Below are positions 1 to 7,751 of a DNA stretch of 24,000 nt, in pieces. The notes under the pieces were generated by a model. The model made no database searches and was not told the DNA's origin. It was given only the letters and a program-made list of their open reading frames with translations. A program made the translations under genes and the position numbers. This DNA is from an uncultured Burkholderiaceae bacterium (GTDB lineage: Bacteria > Pseudomonadota > Gammaproteobacteria > Burkholderiales > Burkholderiaceae). The first letter of the stretch is position 1. Each line of letters starts with the position of its first letter. Where the stretch lies: positions 61,550 through 85,549 of the forward strand of contig CBIHOQ010000016.1 of assembly GCA_966212065.1 (NCBI GenBank), written 5' to 3'.

Positions 1-630
1 GCTGATACGGCCTGCCCACGCGCCGGCGGTAACCAGTGCAGCCGGCGCGCGGAAAATCCGTCCATCGGCGGCCGTAACGCTGAAGTCCTCGCCGTCTTTT
101 TCGATGTTCACGATCTCGGTGTTTTCGTACACCTGCGCACCTTCGCGCACCGCCGCACGGCCGAACGCAGGCGCGGCGAGGCGTGGGTTGGCTTGGCCGT
201 CGTACGGCGAGAGCGAAGCCAAAATAACCTCGGGTCCGAGCAAGGGGAAGCGTTCGCGCAGCTTGGGGCCGCTGAACAATTCCAGATCCAGCCCGTACGC
301 CTTCGCGTCCTGCGCATACTTCTCCAGCCGATCGACATGCTCCTGCCGGTAGCCGACCCGAATCTGGCCGCTGGCCACGAACTCCGCATCATCGCCGATC
401 AGTTCCTTGAGCTTGCCCCAGATCTCGCGCGAACGGTTCGACAGCGGCAACTGCTCGAGATGCCGCCCCGACCGGCGCACGTTGCCGAAGTTGACGCCGC
501 TGGCCTGCTGACCGATCAGGCCGCGCTCGAGCAGGATCACCGACACGCCTCGCTTGCGCAGGAAGAAGGCGGTGGCAGCACCCATGATGCCGCCGCCAAC
601 GATGATGACATCTGCTTTATGCGCGTTCAT
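1..630 (-). CDS. FAD-dependent oxidoreductase (DadA/HcnC/opine-oxidase-B-like), N-terminal part only; 3' end lies beyond the window start
   Basis: The ORF is open at the window edge, so it is absent from the ORF track. My minus-strand translation from the ATG (complement of 628-630) reads MNAHKADVIIVGGGIMGAATAFFLRKRGVSVILLERGLIGQQASGVNFGNVRRSG... This is the N-terminal GxGxxG FAD Rossmann motif of DAO/DadA-family flavoproteins. An ATGA overlap (627-630) with the stop of the upstream gene suggests translational coupling. Confidence 0.8.
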   Translation of the reverse strand, partial: MNAHKADVIIVGGGIMGAATAFFLRKRGVSVILLERGLIGQQASGVNFGNVRRSGRHLEQLPLSNRSREIWGKLKELIGDDAEFVASGQIRVGYRQEHVDRLEKYAQDAKAYGLDLELFSGPKLRERFPLLGPEVILASLSPYDGQANPRLAAPAFGRAAVREGAQVYENTEIVNIEKDGEDFSVTAADGRIFRAPAALVTAGAWAGRIS

Positions 631-2003
631 TCCGTCTCCTCCCGCACCGCAATCGCGAGCGGCTTGACCGGCGCCTGACCGCGCAAGCGGCCCACCTGTT
701 CCACTGGAATACCGGCAGCGTGCGCAATGACTTCCGCCCCCGCGTGTGCGCAATAGCGCCCCTGGCAGCGTCCCATGCCGACCCGGCTGAAGGCCTTGGC
801 CCGGTTCGCTTCCCGCGCACCCATTTCACAAACCACGCGGCGCAGTTCGCCCGCGGTGATCGCTTCGCAGCGACAGACGATGGCCTCGTCGGGCAATTGT
901 GCGGCCTGCTGCACCGGCCACGGGAAGGCTTGCGCCAATCCTTGGCGGAAGCGTTCCATGCCGGCCTGCCGGGCCCGCAGCCGCTGCAATTCGTCTTCCG
1001 ACACATTGAGCCGCAAATCCTTCAGCACGGCCATCGCGGCGAGGCGGCCGCCGATCTCGGCGGCATCCGCGCCGAGCACGCGCATACCGTCGCCGGCCAG
1101 GTAGACACCCGGCACAGAGGTGCGTCCATCCTCCCCGACCTCGGGTAGCCACTGGCGCGTCTCTTGGTCGAAGCGGAACGCGCAGCGCGCCAGGTCGGCC
1201 AGTTGGGTTTCGGAACGCAGGTGGTAGCCCATGGCGACCGCATCGCACTCGAAGGTGTGCGTGCGCTCGCTTGCATCGCGGCATACCACGCCTTGCACAC
1301 CGGTTTCCGGCGAGCCGGTGATTTCGATCGGCGTGATGCCAGTCATCACGGGCACGCCGGCGCGTTTGATACTGGCCACCAGGCGCAGACCATTGAGCAG
1401 CACCGCAGGCCGCGCCAGCAGTTTCGGCAGCGCGGCGACGCGGCGCATCACGGGCGAGGTATCGAGCACCGCGACAACATTCGCGCCCGCTTTCAGATAT
1501 TGCGAAGCCACCAGGTACAGCAGCGGCCCCGTGCCGAGGAACACGATCTGGCGGCCGATCGCGCAGGCCTGCGCCTTGAGCGCAATCTGCGACGCGCCGA
1601 GGCTGTAGGTGCCCGCGTAATGCCAGCCCTTAAGCGGCATGAGGCGGTCGGTCGCGCCGGAGCAGATCACCAGCGCATCGTAGGGCAATGCCTTCGAACG
1701 CTCGTTGCTCACGATGTGCAGCTTGCTCTCCGCGATGTTCCAGGCCAGCGTCTCGGGCAGGTAATCGACCTTGCCGCGCAGCGCGTCAAAGCTCTCGTGC
1801 AGCGCCTGCGCGCGGCCCGCTTCGGTGCCGTACAGCCTGGCGTAGGGGCGCGTGAAGTTGTCTGGCTGGCGACGGTAGATCTGGCCGCCGTCGCGCCGGT
1901 TTTCATCGACGACGGTGGGACGTAGGCCGGCGGCTACCAGGGTCTGTGCGCAACGCACGCCGGACGGACCGGCGCCGACGATGATTACGCGAGGTTGGGC
2001 CAT
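627..2003 (-). CDS. NAD(P)/FAD-dependent oxidoreductase, HcnB / opine oxidase subunit A-like large subunit
   Basis: 458-aa ORF. It has an N-terminal VIIVGAGPSG and an internal IVFLGTGPLL dinucleotide-binding motif. A C-terminal Cys cluster (VCRCE...GMGRCQGRYC) resembles a BFD-like [2Fe-2S] domain. Its size and its position between a small 2Fe-2S protein and a DadA-like flavoprotein match HcnB/OoxA-type subunits. Confidence 0.85.
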   Translation of the reverse strand: MAQPRVIIVGAGPSGVRCAQTLVAAGLRPTVVDENRRDGGQIYRRQPDNFTRPYARLYGTEAGRAQALHESFDALRGKVDYLPETLAWNIAESKLHIVSNERSKALPYDALVICSGATDRLMPLKGWHYAGTYSLGASQIALKAQACAIGRQIVFLGTGPLLYLVASQYLKAGANVVAVLDTSPVMRRVAALPKLLARPAVLLNGLRLVASIKRAGVPVMTGITPIEITGSPETGVQGVVCRDASERTHTFECDAVAMGYHLRSETQLADLARCAFRFDQETRQWLPEVGEDGRTSVPGVYLAGDGMRVLGADAAEIGGRLAAMAVLKDLRLNVSEDELQRLRARQAGMERFRQGLAQAFPWPVQQAAQLPDEAIVCRCEAITAGELRRVVCEMGAREANRAKAFSRVGMGRCQGRYCAHAGAEVIAHAAGIPVEQVGRLRGQAPVKPLAIAVREETE

Positions 2004-2293
2004 GTTGCCTCCGGTTGTCGCGTCACGATATGCATTTGTTCTGCTACTACGGTGGTGCAGGCACGCAGCCGATCTCCATCAGCGGTCCAGACCCAACAGT
2101 CCTGGCAGGCGCCCATCAGGCAGAAGCCGGCGCGCTTGCCGTCGCCGAACTCCGATTCGCGCAGGGACCCCACATTGCTGAGCACGGCGACCATCAGCGA
2201 GTCGCCGGCCAGCGCCTCGACGGGCTGGCCGTCTATGATCAGGCGCACGGGCGCTCGGTCCATTTCTTCCAGCCTTGCAAAACGTCTCGTCAT
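1985..2293 (-). CDS. (2Fe-2S)-binding small subunit (HcnA-like)
   Basis: The track ORF is 1985..2338. I prefer Met16 (complement of 2291-2293), giving 102 aa starting MTRRFARLEEMDRAPVRLIIDGQPVEA. The Cys motif GFCLMGACQDCWV is typical of small 2Fe-2S subunits of HcnA / sarcosine-oxidase-alpha N-terminal type. It overlaps the next gene by 19 nt. The start is uncertain (2293 vs 2338). Confidence 0.75.
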   Translation of the reverse strand: MTRRFARLEEMDRAPVRLIIDGQPVEALAGDSLMVAVLSNVGSLRESEFGDGKRAGFCLMGACQDCWVWTADGDRLRACTTVVAEQMHIVTRQPEATWPNLA

Positions 2294-2394
2294 GATTGAA
2301 TTTCCATCTGGATGATCGAATCGCGGTCGGCACGGCACCGTAGAACTTCATGCCTTCCTTCTCGCGGTAGTCCGGGGGCGAGGAGGCGTCTTGT

Positions 2395-3360
2395 TCAGGA
2401 AAGGAGCCTCGCCAGGACGGGCAGATCAACGTTGCCTCCGCTGACGAGCACGCCTATCCTTTTTCCGGAAACCGGGTAGACCTGCTGAAGTGCGGCGGCG
2501 GCGGCGAGGCAACCGGTCGGCTCGACCACGATTTTCATTCGCTGCGCGAAGAACCTCATGGTGTCGATCAACTGGCTGTCTGCCACGGTGACGATGTCGT
2601 CCACGTGGCGCCGGATCACCGCGAAGTTGTGATGCCCGACATGGGTGACCTTGGCGCCATCGGCGATGGTGTCGGGGACCGCGATATGAACGATCTCTCC
2701 TTTGCGCAGCGATTGCTGCCCGTCATTGCCCAACTCGGGTTCCACGCCGATGACCTTGCAGTGCGGGCTGATGCCGGCAGCCGCAAGCGCCGATCCGGCA
2801 AGCAAGCCGCCGCCTCCTAGGCATACCAGCAGCACATCGAGTTCGCCCACCTCTTCGAACAGTTCCAGGGCGGCAGTTCCTTGGCCACAGATCACGTCGG
2901 GGTGATCGTAGGGCGGGATGAGCGTCATGCCTTTCTCTTCGGCCAGGCGGCGGCCGATTTCTTCGCGATTCTCGGTGTATCGGTTGTAGGTAAGAACGTC
3001 GGCACCATAGTCCTTGGTGGCGCGTATCTTCGTTTCCGGCGCATCCTCCGGCATGATGACGGTGGCGGGAATGCCAATCATGCGGGCGGACAAGGCAATC
3101 GCCTGTGCATGATTGCCGGACGAATAAGTCAGCACGCCCTTGCGGCGTTGTTCGACGGAGAAGCGGGCCAGGGCGTTGTAGGCGCCCCGAAACTTGAATG
3201 CACCGATCCGCTGCAAGTTCTCGCACTTGAAGAACAGTTCCGCGCCTGCCATCTCGTTCGCCGTTCTTGATGTCAGGACGGGTGTACGGTATGCCACCCC
3301 TCTGATTCTGTCGGCAGCCTGCTGGATAGCTTGGAATGTCAGATACGCTGAATCGTTCAT
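2395..3360 (-). CDS. PLP-dependent serine/threonine dehydratase / serine racemase-family enzyme (fold type II)
   Basis: 321 aa. It carries the PLP-lysine motif GAFKFRGA, SSGNHAQA and the glycine loop CLGGGGLLAG, and the overall length is typical of the family. It is the first gene of the minus-strand operon, with a LysR gene divergent from it. Confidence 0.85.
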   Translation of the reverse strand: MNDSAYLTFQAIQQAADRIRGVAYRTPVLTSRTANEMAGAELFFKCENLQRIGAFKFRGAYNALARFSVEQRRKGVLTYSSGNHAQAIALSARMIGIPATVIMPEDAPETKIRATKDYGADVLTYNRYTENREEIGRRLAEEKGMTLIPPYDHPDVICGQGTAALELFEEVGELDVLLVCLGGGGLLAGSALAAAGISPHCKVIGVEPELGNDGQQSLRKGEIVHIAVPDTIADGAKVTHVGHHNFAVIRRHVDDIVTVADSQLIDTMRFFAQRMKIVVEPTGCLAAAAALQQVYPVSGKRIGVLVSGGNVDLPVLARLLS

Positions 3361-3431
3361 GGCGCTCGCGGATCAAGAATGGAATGCCCGTAGTCTAGGG
3401 TCGGTGCGTCGCTTCGGGTTGCAACGCCTTA

Positions 3432-3446
3432 TTGCGCAAATCGCAA
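3432..3446. promoter_or_regulatory. Candidate LysR box (T-N11-A dyad TTGCG-N5-CGCAA) in the divergent promoter region
   Basis: TTGCGCAAATCGCAA is a perfect 5-bp inverted repeat containing TGCG-N5-CGCA (T-N11-A). It lies 72 nt upstream of the dehydratase-like ATG (3360, minus strand) and 134 nt upstream of the LysR ATG (3580). Further TGCAA/TTGCA dyads occur at 3484-3494 (GCAATAATTGC) and 3541-3557 (TGCAA-N7-TTGCA). Confidence 0.3.
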
Positions 3447-3579
3447 CGGCGAAGGCTATGCGAGAAGAAGGTCGGCATGCGCTGCAATAATTGCCGAGGT
3501 TTGGATGACCGCAATGTATGGGACGGTGACGATCGATCACTGCAACACGGCATTGCAGAAAGCTGCGAGGACAAAAGTA

Positions 3580-4509
3580 ATGCAAGGAAGAACGCTGTGG
3601 GAATTGAAGGTATTCTGTGCGGTGGTGGAAAAGCACAGCTTCGTCACGGCAGCGCGCGCCATGGGAATCTCTCCCAGTTCCGCCACGCGGACGGTGCAAA
3701 CGCTCGAGGAGCAGCTCGGTATTCAATTGCTTGCGCGATCCCACAAGCTCTTGAGTCTGACCGGTGCCGGGGAGATCTACTATGACTTCGCCAGGAAAAT
3801 GCTGGAAGTGCAGGCCGAGGCGGAAGACGAGATCTCGAACTTGCAGTCCGATGCGAAGGGCTGGATCCGATTCTCCGCGCCCGAGATCTGCAGCCGCTTC
3901 TTCCTTCCTGAGCAGATCGGCACCTTGTCCCGGCAGTTCCCCGACATCCGCATCGACGCGCTTTATACCGATGTCGTGGTCGATCCGATCGAGCAGAACC
4001 TCGATTTTTCGATTCGAGGTGCCTACCCCGCGGCAAGCGAATTAATCGGCTATCACCTCTGGCACTATGAGCGCGTCCTTTGCGCCAGTCCGGACTATAT
4101 CCAGAGGCATGGCCTTGCCCAGGAACCTGAAGAACTCTCTCTTCACACCATGGTTCTGCATACGGCGCCACGCATATTGAAGGACTGGCACTTTCAGTCC
4201 GCCGCCCGCACGGTGCGGATGCGCATGCAGCCCGCTCATCGCGTTAGTACGGGAAGCGGTCTGTATGAGATGGTGCGCTGCGGTCTGGGTGTGGGGCGGC
4301 TGGCCGGTTGGGCAGTGCAGCCGGCTATCGAGGCCGGCACGCTGGTGCGCGTATGTCCCGCCTATCGCCTGGTGTCTTCATCAGGCGACAGCCCTCAGAT
4401 GCATGCGGTGTATGGTTCGAGAGGCCTGCCGCGGCGTACCAAGGTTTTCCTGGACGCGGTTCGCGCTGCCGCGATCCAGCAAGGATTCGACAAATACCCC
4501 AAAGGTTGA
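3580..4509 (+). CDS. LysR-family transcriptional regulator
   Basis: N-terminal wHTH: LWELKVFCAVVEKHSFVTAARAMGISPSSATRTVQTLEEQLGIQLLARS, followed by a LysR substrate-binding region. The track ORF starts at 3505. I prefer ATG 3580, which has GAGG at 3567-3570 nine nt upstream and places the HTH at the usual N-terminal position. Confidence 0.85.
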   Translation: MQGRTLWELKVFCAVVEKHSFVTAARAMGISPSSATRTVQTLEEQLGIQLLARSHKLLSLTGAGEIYYDFARKMLEVQAEAEDEISNLQSDAKGWIRFSAPEICSRFFLPEQIGTLSRQFPDIRIDALYTDVVVDPIEQNLDFSIRGAYPAASELIGYHLWHYERVLCASPDYIQRHGLAQEPEELSLHTMVLHTAPRILKDWHFQSAARTVRMRMQPAHRVSTGSGLYEMVRCGLGVGRLAGWAVQPAIEAGTLVRVCPAYRLVSSSGDSPQMHAVYGSRGLPRRTKVFLDAVRAAAIQQGFDKYPKG

Positions 4510-4636
4510 GGGCGGACTCTAGGCGAAGCGGACCCAAGCCCCTTAACCACCTTCGCCACGAACACGATAAAAGCCGTCGCCGTCGCTAGAAAGCCGTCCA
4601 CCGCGGTCAATTCATCCCACGATGTGTCTGGCGAAT

Positions 4637-5524
4637 TCACTTCGTTGCAGACCTCGTTCGGCCGCCTCGCGCCTCCCGCAACAGATCCGCTACTACGCTG
4701 ACTTTCGGCTGCGGGACGTCCTTACGCCAAATCAAAAGAATTCTCACCGTGCGGAAATCGCCCTTCAGTTTATGCACCGACAATCTGCTCCGTTCGGTAT
4801 AAGTATCAAGGACTGCGGCGGGAATCAGCGCGACGCCCATGCCCGCGACGCAACATCCCAGGATTGCATGGTACGAACCCACCTCAATGATTCTCCCGGG
4901 GGCCACGTCGCTGCGAGCACACCATGCTTCCAGCCGCTGACGATGCGGACAGTCCGGCTCGAAGGCGAGTAACGTACCCGTGCGCAGGTCATGCGCGGAC
5001 CGGATCGGTGGGTGGTCTTTCGGGCCAATAATGACGAGTTCTTCAACATACGCAAGCGTGCTCGCCAATCGCGCGTCCGATACCGGCTCCGCAACCAGCG
5101 CTGAATCCAATTCACCCGATAGGACACGCGCAGTCAGCGGGCGAGGCGCCCCCGTTCGCAGTTCGACCGACAGATCGGGATAGCGCTCGTGCACCTGTGC
5201 AAGCAGCGATGGAAGACGGATAGCGGCGGTGCTTTCCATTGCCCCCAGGTTAAGGACGCCGCGTGGAATTTTTTCGTGCATGGCCCCACGCGCCTCGTCC
5301 GCAAGCGCTAGCAGACGGGTGGCATAGTCGAGCAGTACCTTGCCCTTTGGCGATAACTGGAAGCGCTTGCCCTCACGCGTAAAAAGCTCGACATCGAGAT
5401 CGCCCTCGAGCTTCTGGATACGAGTCGTGACATTCGACGGTACGCGGTGCAGAAGCGCGGCGGCACGGGTGATGCCGCCGGTCTGTGCGACAGCTTGAAA
5501 CACCCGCAGATCGGCAAGGTCCAT
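4637..5524 (-). CDS. LysR-family transcriptional regulator
   Basis: 295 aa. N-terminal wHTH: MDLADLRVFQAVAQTGGITRAAALLHRVPSNVTTRIQKLEGDLDVELFTREGKR. It is divergent from the ABM gene. Confidence 0.9.
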   Translation of the reverse strand: MDLADLRVFQAVAQTGGITRAAALLHRVPSNVTTRIQKLEGDLDVELFTREGKRFQLSPKGKVLLDYATRLLALADEARGAMHEKIPRGVLNLGAMESTAAIRLPSLLAQVHERYPDLSVELRTGAPRPLTARVLSGELDSALVAEPVSDARLASTLAYVEELVIIGPKDHPPIRSAHDLRTGTLLAFEPDCPHRQRLEAWCARSDVAPGRIIEVGSYHAILGCCVAGMGVALIPAAVLDTYTERSRLSVHKLKGDFRTVRILLIWRKDVPQPKVSVVADLLREARGGRTRSATK

Positions 5525-5604
5525 TTTCTTTTTTCGAGAAGATAATGTTCGATCTTATTCATTTTACGTAAATAGCTCAAGCATCTAGACTCCATGCGCA
5601 TCAC

Positions 5605-5616
5605 TGCGATATCGCA
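5605..5616. promoter_or_regulatory. Perfect 12-bp palindrome TGCGATATCGCA (candidate operator) upstream of the ABM gene
   Basis: TGCGATATCGCA is self-complementary. It is nested in ATGCG-N14-CGCAT (5594-5617), and ATGCGCAT at 5594-5601 is also palindromic. It lies 28 nt upstream of ATG 5644, in the LysR/ABM divergent intergenic region. Confidence 0.25.
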
Positions 5617-5643
5617 TGTGCGGCTCCATGGAGGAATTGAAAA

Positions 5644-5976
5644 ATGATCGTGACAGTCTTTAGATCGAGGTTGAATGCTGGCGCCCAAGAGGAATACACA
5701 CAGTGGGCGACGCGGATGAGTATCCTGGCCCGCGACGTGCCAGGCTATGTTTCCCACAAGGGCTTCACCGCCGAGGATGGCGAACGTGTAACCATTGTGG
5801 AATTCGAGTCCGAAGAGGCAATGCGCGCCTGGGCAAAGCATCCCGAACACGTCGAAGCCAAGAAAAAAGGGCGTAGCACCTTCTTTGCGGAATACCGGGT
5901 GCAGATCTGCGAGGTGGTGCGTGATACGGCGGATCGCAGCAAGCCTCACCGCGCTGCAAGCAAGGTCTCGAGATGA
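5644..5976 (+). CDS. Antibiotic-biosynthesis-monooxygenase (ABM) domain protein
   Basis: 110 aa. The sequence MIVTVFRSRLNAGAQEEYTQWATRMSILARDVPGYVSHKGFTAEDGERVTIVEFESEEAMRAWAKHPEHVEAKKKG follows the ferredoxin-like ABM pattern. A strong GGAGGA RBS sits 7-12 nt upstream. The last 31 nt overlap the convergent Lrp gene. Confidence 0.8.
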   Translation: MIVTVFRSRLNAGAQEEYTQWATRMSILARDVPGYVSHKGFTAEDGERVTIVEFESEEAMRAWAKHPEHVEAKKKGRSTFFAEYRVQICEVVRDTADRSKPHRAASKVSR

Positions 5977-6437
5977 TAGTGCGTCTTGACGATCGGCGAT
6001 TTGATGATGATGTAGCTGAAGTATTTCTCGATCCCGATGTCACGCTCCAGCAGCCCTTCCATCACGCTCTGATAGTGGGTGACGTTGCGCGTGACCAGTT
6101 TGAGCAGATAGTCGTAGCCGCCCGTCGCGTGGTGGCACTCCATGATCTCGTCGACGCCGCGAATGGCATCGACGAAGCGCGCTAAGTCTTCGCGACGATG
6201 ATCTGCGAGCGTGACCTTGGTAAACACCATCTGGAAGTCACCGAGCTTCTCGATCCGGAGCCGCGCGCCGTAGCCCGCAATGAACCCAGCCTTCTCGAGC
6301 CGCTTGACGCGCGTGAGGCACGGGCTCGCCGAGAGCCCGACGGCGTCGGCCAGTTCCACATTGGTAATGCGGCCGCGCTTCTGCAACTCGGTGAGAATGC
6401 GCAAGTCCATCCGGTCCAACGTGCAATCCGTTCTCAT
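5946..6437 (-). CDS. Lrp/AsnC-family transcriptional regulator
   Basis: The sequence LDRMDLRILTELQKRGRITNVELADAVGLSASPCLTRVKRLEKAGFIAGY is an AsnC-type HTH, followed by a RAM domain. The track ORF starts at 6491. I prefer Met19 (complement of 6435-6437), which is preceded by AAGGAGGAGAGG. Confidence 0.88.
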   Translation of the reverse strand: MRTDCTLDRMDLRILTELQKRGRITNVELADAVGLSASPCLTRVKRLEKAGFIAGYGARLRIEKLGDFQMVFTKVTLADHRREDLARFVDAIRGVDEIMECHHATGGYDYLLKLVTRNVTHYQSVMEGLLERDIGIEKYFSYIIIKSPIVKTHYHLETLLAAR

Positions 6438-6776
6438 CCTCTCCTCCTTCGTCCGGTGAGGTAGCCTCCAGGTGAGCGCTTTCGCGTCCACTTCAATCTA
6501 GATAGCCACCCCACCCCTTAGTACGACGATACGGCGATCTTGCTGTTTGTACGCGGTGTTCTGCACCGTGCGATTTCATACAGCAGGACCTGCCGCGAAT
6601 CTGCCAAAAAACGCTTCGACTTTTGTCTTTTGCACCGATCAATTCGGCATCGGCGCGACGCTTTCCAGATTAAATTTGAAGTACCGACATCGCTATCGGT
6701 GCTTGCGCGAAATGGCTTCCAGCAAGCCCCCCATTCAAGAATCCCTCGGGATTCGTCACTCATCGAGACTGAAGAC

Positions 6777-7445
6777 ATGATCGACTTCGAGCCGAAATTC
6801 ATCACGTTCGATTGCTACGGCACCCTCGTCAATTTCCGTATGGCCGACCTGGCGCGGGACATCTACGGCAACCGCCTTCGCGGCGACGCGATGGACAACT
6901 TCGTCAAGCTGTTCGCCGCCTATCGTCGCGACGAAGTGCTCGGCGCTTGGAAGCCCTTCCGCGAGGTCGTCATCCATGCCGTGCGCCGCACCTGCGAGCG
7001 CACCGGCGTGCCGTTCATCGAAGCCGAGGCCGAACAGTTTTACCTGGCCGTGCCGACCTGGGGCCCGCACCCGGACGTCCCGGAAGGGCTCTCCCGCCTC
7101 GCGAAGAAATACAAGCTGGTCGGGCTGAGCAACGCGGACAACGCGCAAATCATGAGCAATATCGAGAAGCTCGGCGCGCCGTTCCATGCCGTCATCACGG
7201 CCGAAGACGCCGGCGCCTATAAGCCGCGCATGCAAGGCTTCGAATACATGTTCAAGAAGCTCGACGTGCAGCCTCACGAAATCCTCCACGTTTCGTCGAG
7301 CCCGCGCTACGACCTGATGACCGCGCACGACCTCGGCATTGTCCACAAGGCTCACGTGCTCCGCGGCCATGAACCGGAAGCGCCGGAATATGGGTATACG
7401 CCCGTCAGAAGCATCATCGAGCTGGCCGAACAGCTCGGCTTGTAA
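6777..7445 (+). CDS. HAD-superfamily hydrolase, type II haloacid dehalogenase-like
   Basis: HAD motif I FDCYGTL immediately follows the start MIDFEPKFITFDCYGTLVNF. Further motifs are GLSNADN, AYKP and HVSSSPRYDLMTAHDLG. The track ORF (6540..7445) is over-extended across the AT-rich intergenic region; with ATG 6777 the protein is 222 aa. Confidence 0.82.
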   Translation: MIDFEPKFITFDCYGTLVNFRMADLARDIYGNRLRGDAMDNFVKLFAAYRRDEVLGAWKPFREVVIHAVRRTCERTGVPFIEAEAEQFYLAVPTWGPHPDVPEGLSRLAKKYKLVGLSNADNAQIMSNIEKLGAPFHAVITAEDAGAYKPRMQGFEYMFKKLDVQPHEILHVSSSPRYDLMTAHDLGIVHKAHVLRGHEPEAPEYGYTPVRSIIELAEQLGL

Positions 7446-7640
7446 GCCATTCGCGCCGCCCTGGCCCCCGCGTTCGACGCCGGCCAGGCGCGCACATCGC
7501 GCTGTTCGACTGACGCCTCGATTCAGGCCGATGGCGCCGCGTAACCCTATCGATGACAGCGCCGATACCTAGTGCCGGGGTTGCCTCGATCTTCCACAGT
7601 GGTGCACGCATGCCGGTACTCCAACCTAACTTGCGGAAAC

Positions 7641-7653
7641 ATTGTAGAACAAT
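7641..7653. promoter_or_regulatory. GntR/FadR-type operator candidate 1 (ATTGT-AGA-ACAAT)
   Basis: Perfect 5-bp inverted repeat with a 3-nt spacer. TTGTAGAACAA fits the FadR-subfamily consensus T-N-GT-N3-AC-N-A. It lies 99 nt upstream of ATG 7752. Confidence 0.5.
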
Positions 7654-7705
7654 AACAGGGAAACAAGCCCGGAGAAAGGCGTCGTTTTCGGCTTTACATT
7701 CCACG

Positions 7706-7718
7706 ATTGTCCGACAAT
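7706..7718. promoter_or_regulatory. GntR/FadR-type operator candidate 2 (ATTGT-CCG-ACAAT)
   Basis: Same half-sites as site 1, and TTGTCCGACAA also fits T-N-GT-N3-AC-N-A. It lies 34 nt upstream of ATG 7752. It contains the TTG (7707) that the ORF track used as a start. Confidence 0.5.
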
Positions 7719-7751
7719 AATAGCGCCTACCATCGCTTCCCCCGCTCGTCC

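Noticed and set aside
29-54. GTAACC followed 16 nt later by GGAA, inside the partial flavoprotein gene
   Set aside because: It is intragenic, on the strand opposite to the gene, and the -10 does not match CGAA.
1-2338. Naming the three-gene set hcnABC (hydrogen cyanide synthase)
   Set aside because: The order and sizes fit, but opine oxidases and D-amino-acid/D-hydroxyproline dehydrogenases share the same subunit types. Without a phylogeny or an assay, the specific gene names are not justified.
5308-5949. 213-aa minus-strand ORF spanning the LysR 5' end, the intergenic region and the ABM gene
   Set aside because: It crosses a promoter region, runs antisense to or out of frame with two well-supported genes, and has no recognisable domain.
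5946-5976. 31-nt convergent overlap of the ABM and Lrp coding regions, considered as a possible antisense regulatory arrangement
   Set aside because: It is most simply explained by a non-conserved C-terminal tail on the ABM ORF, since ABM domains are ~95-100 aa. There is no further evidence of function.
7541-7566. GTAACC-N16-CGAT on the plus strand, ~186 nt upstream of the kinase/PLP fusion gene. It resembles the ECF promoter found at bufA.
   Set aside because: The -10 element is CGAT rather than CGAA, and the site is far from the start codon. A hexamer with a loosely matching tetramer is within chance expectation for 48 kb of two-strand sequence. It is worth re-checking only if a genome-wide regulon scan is done.
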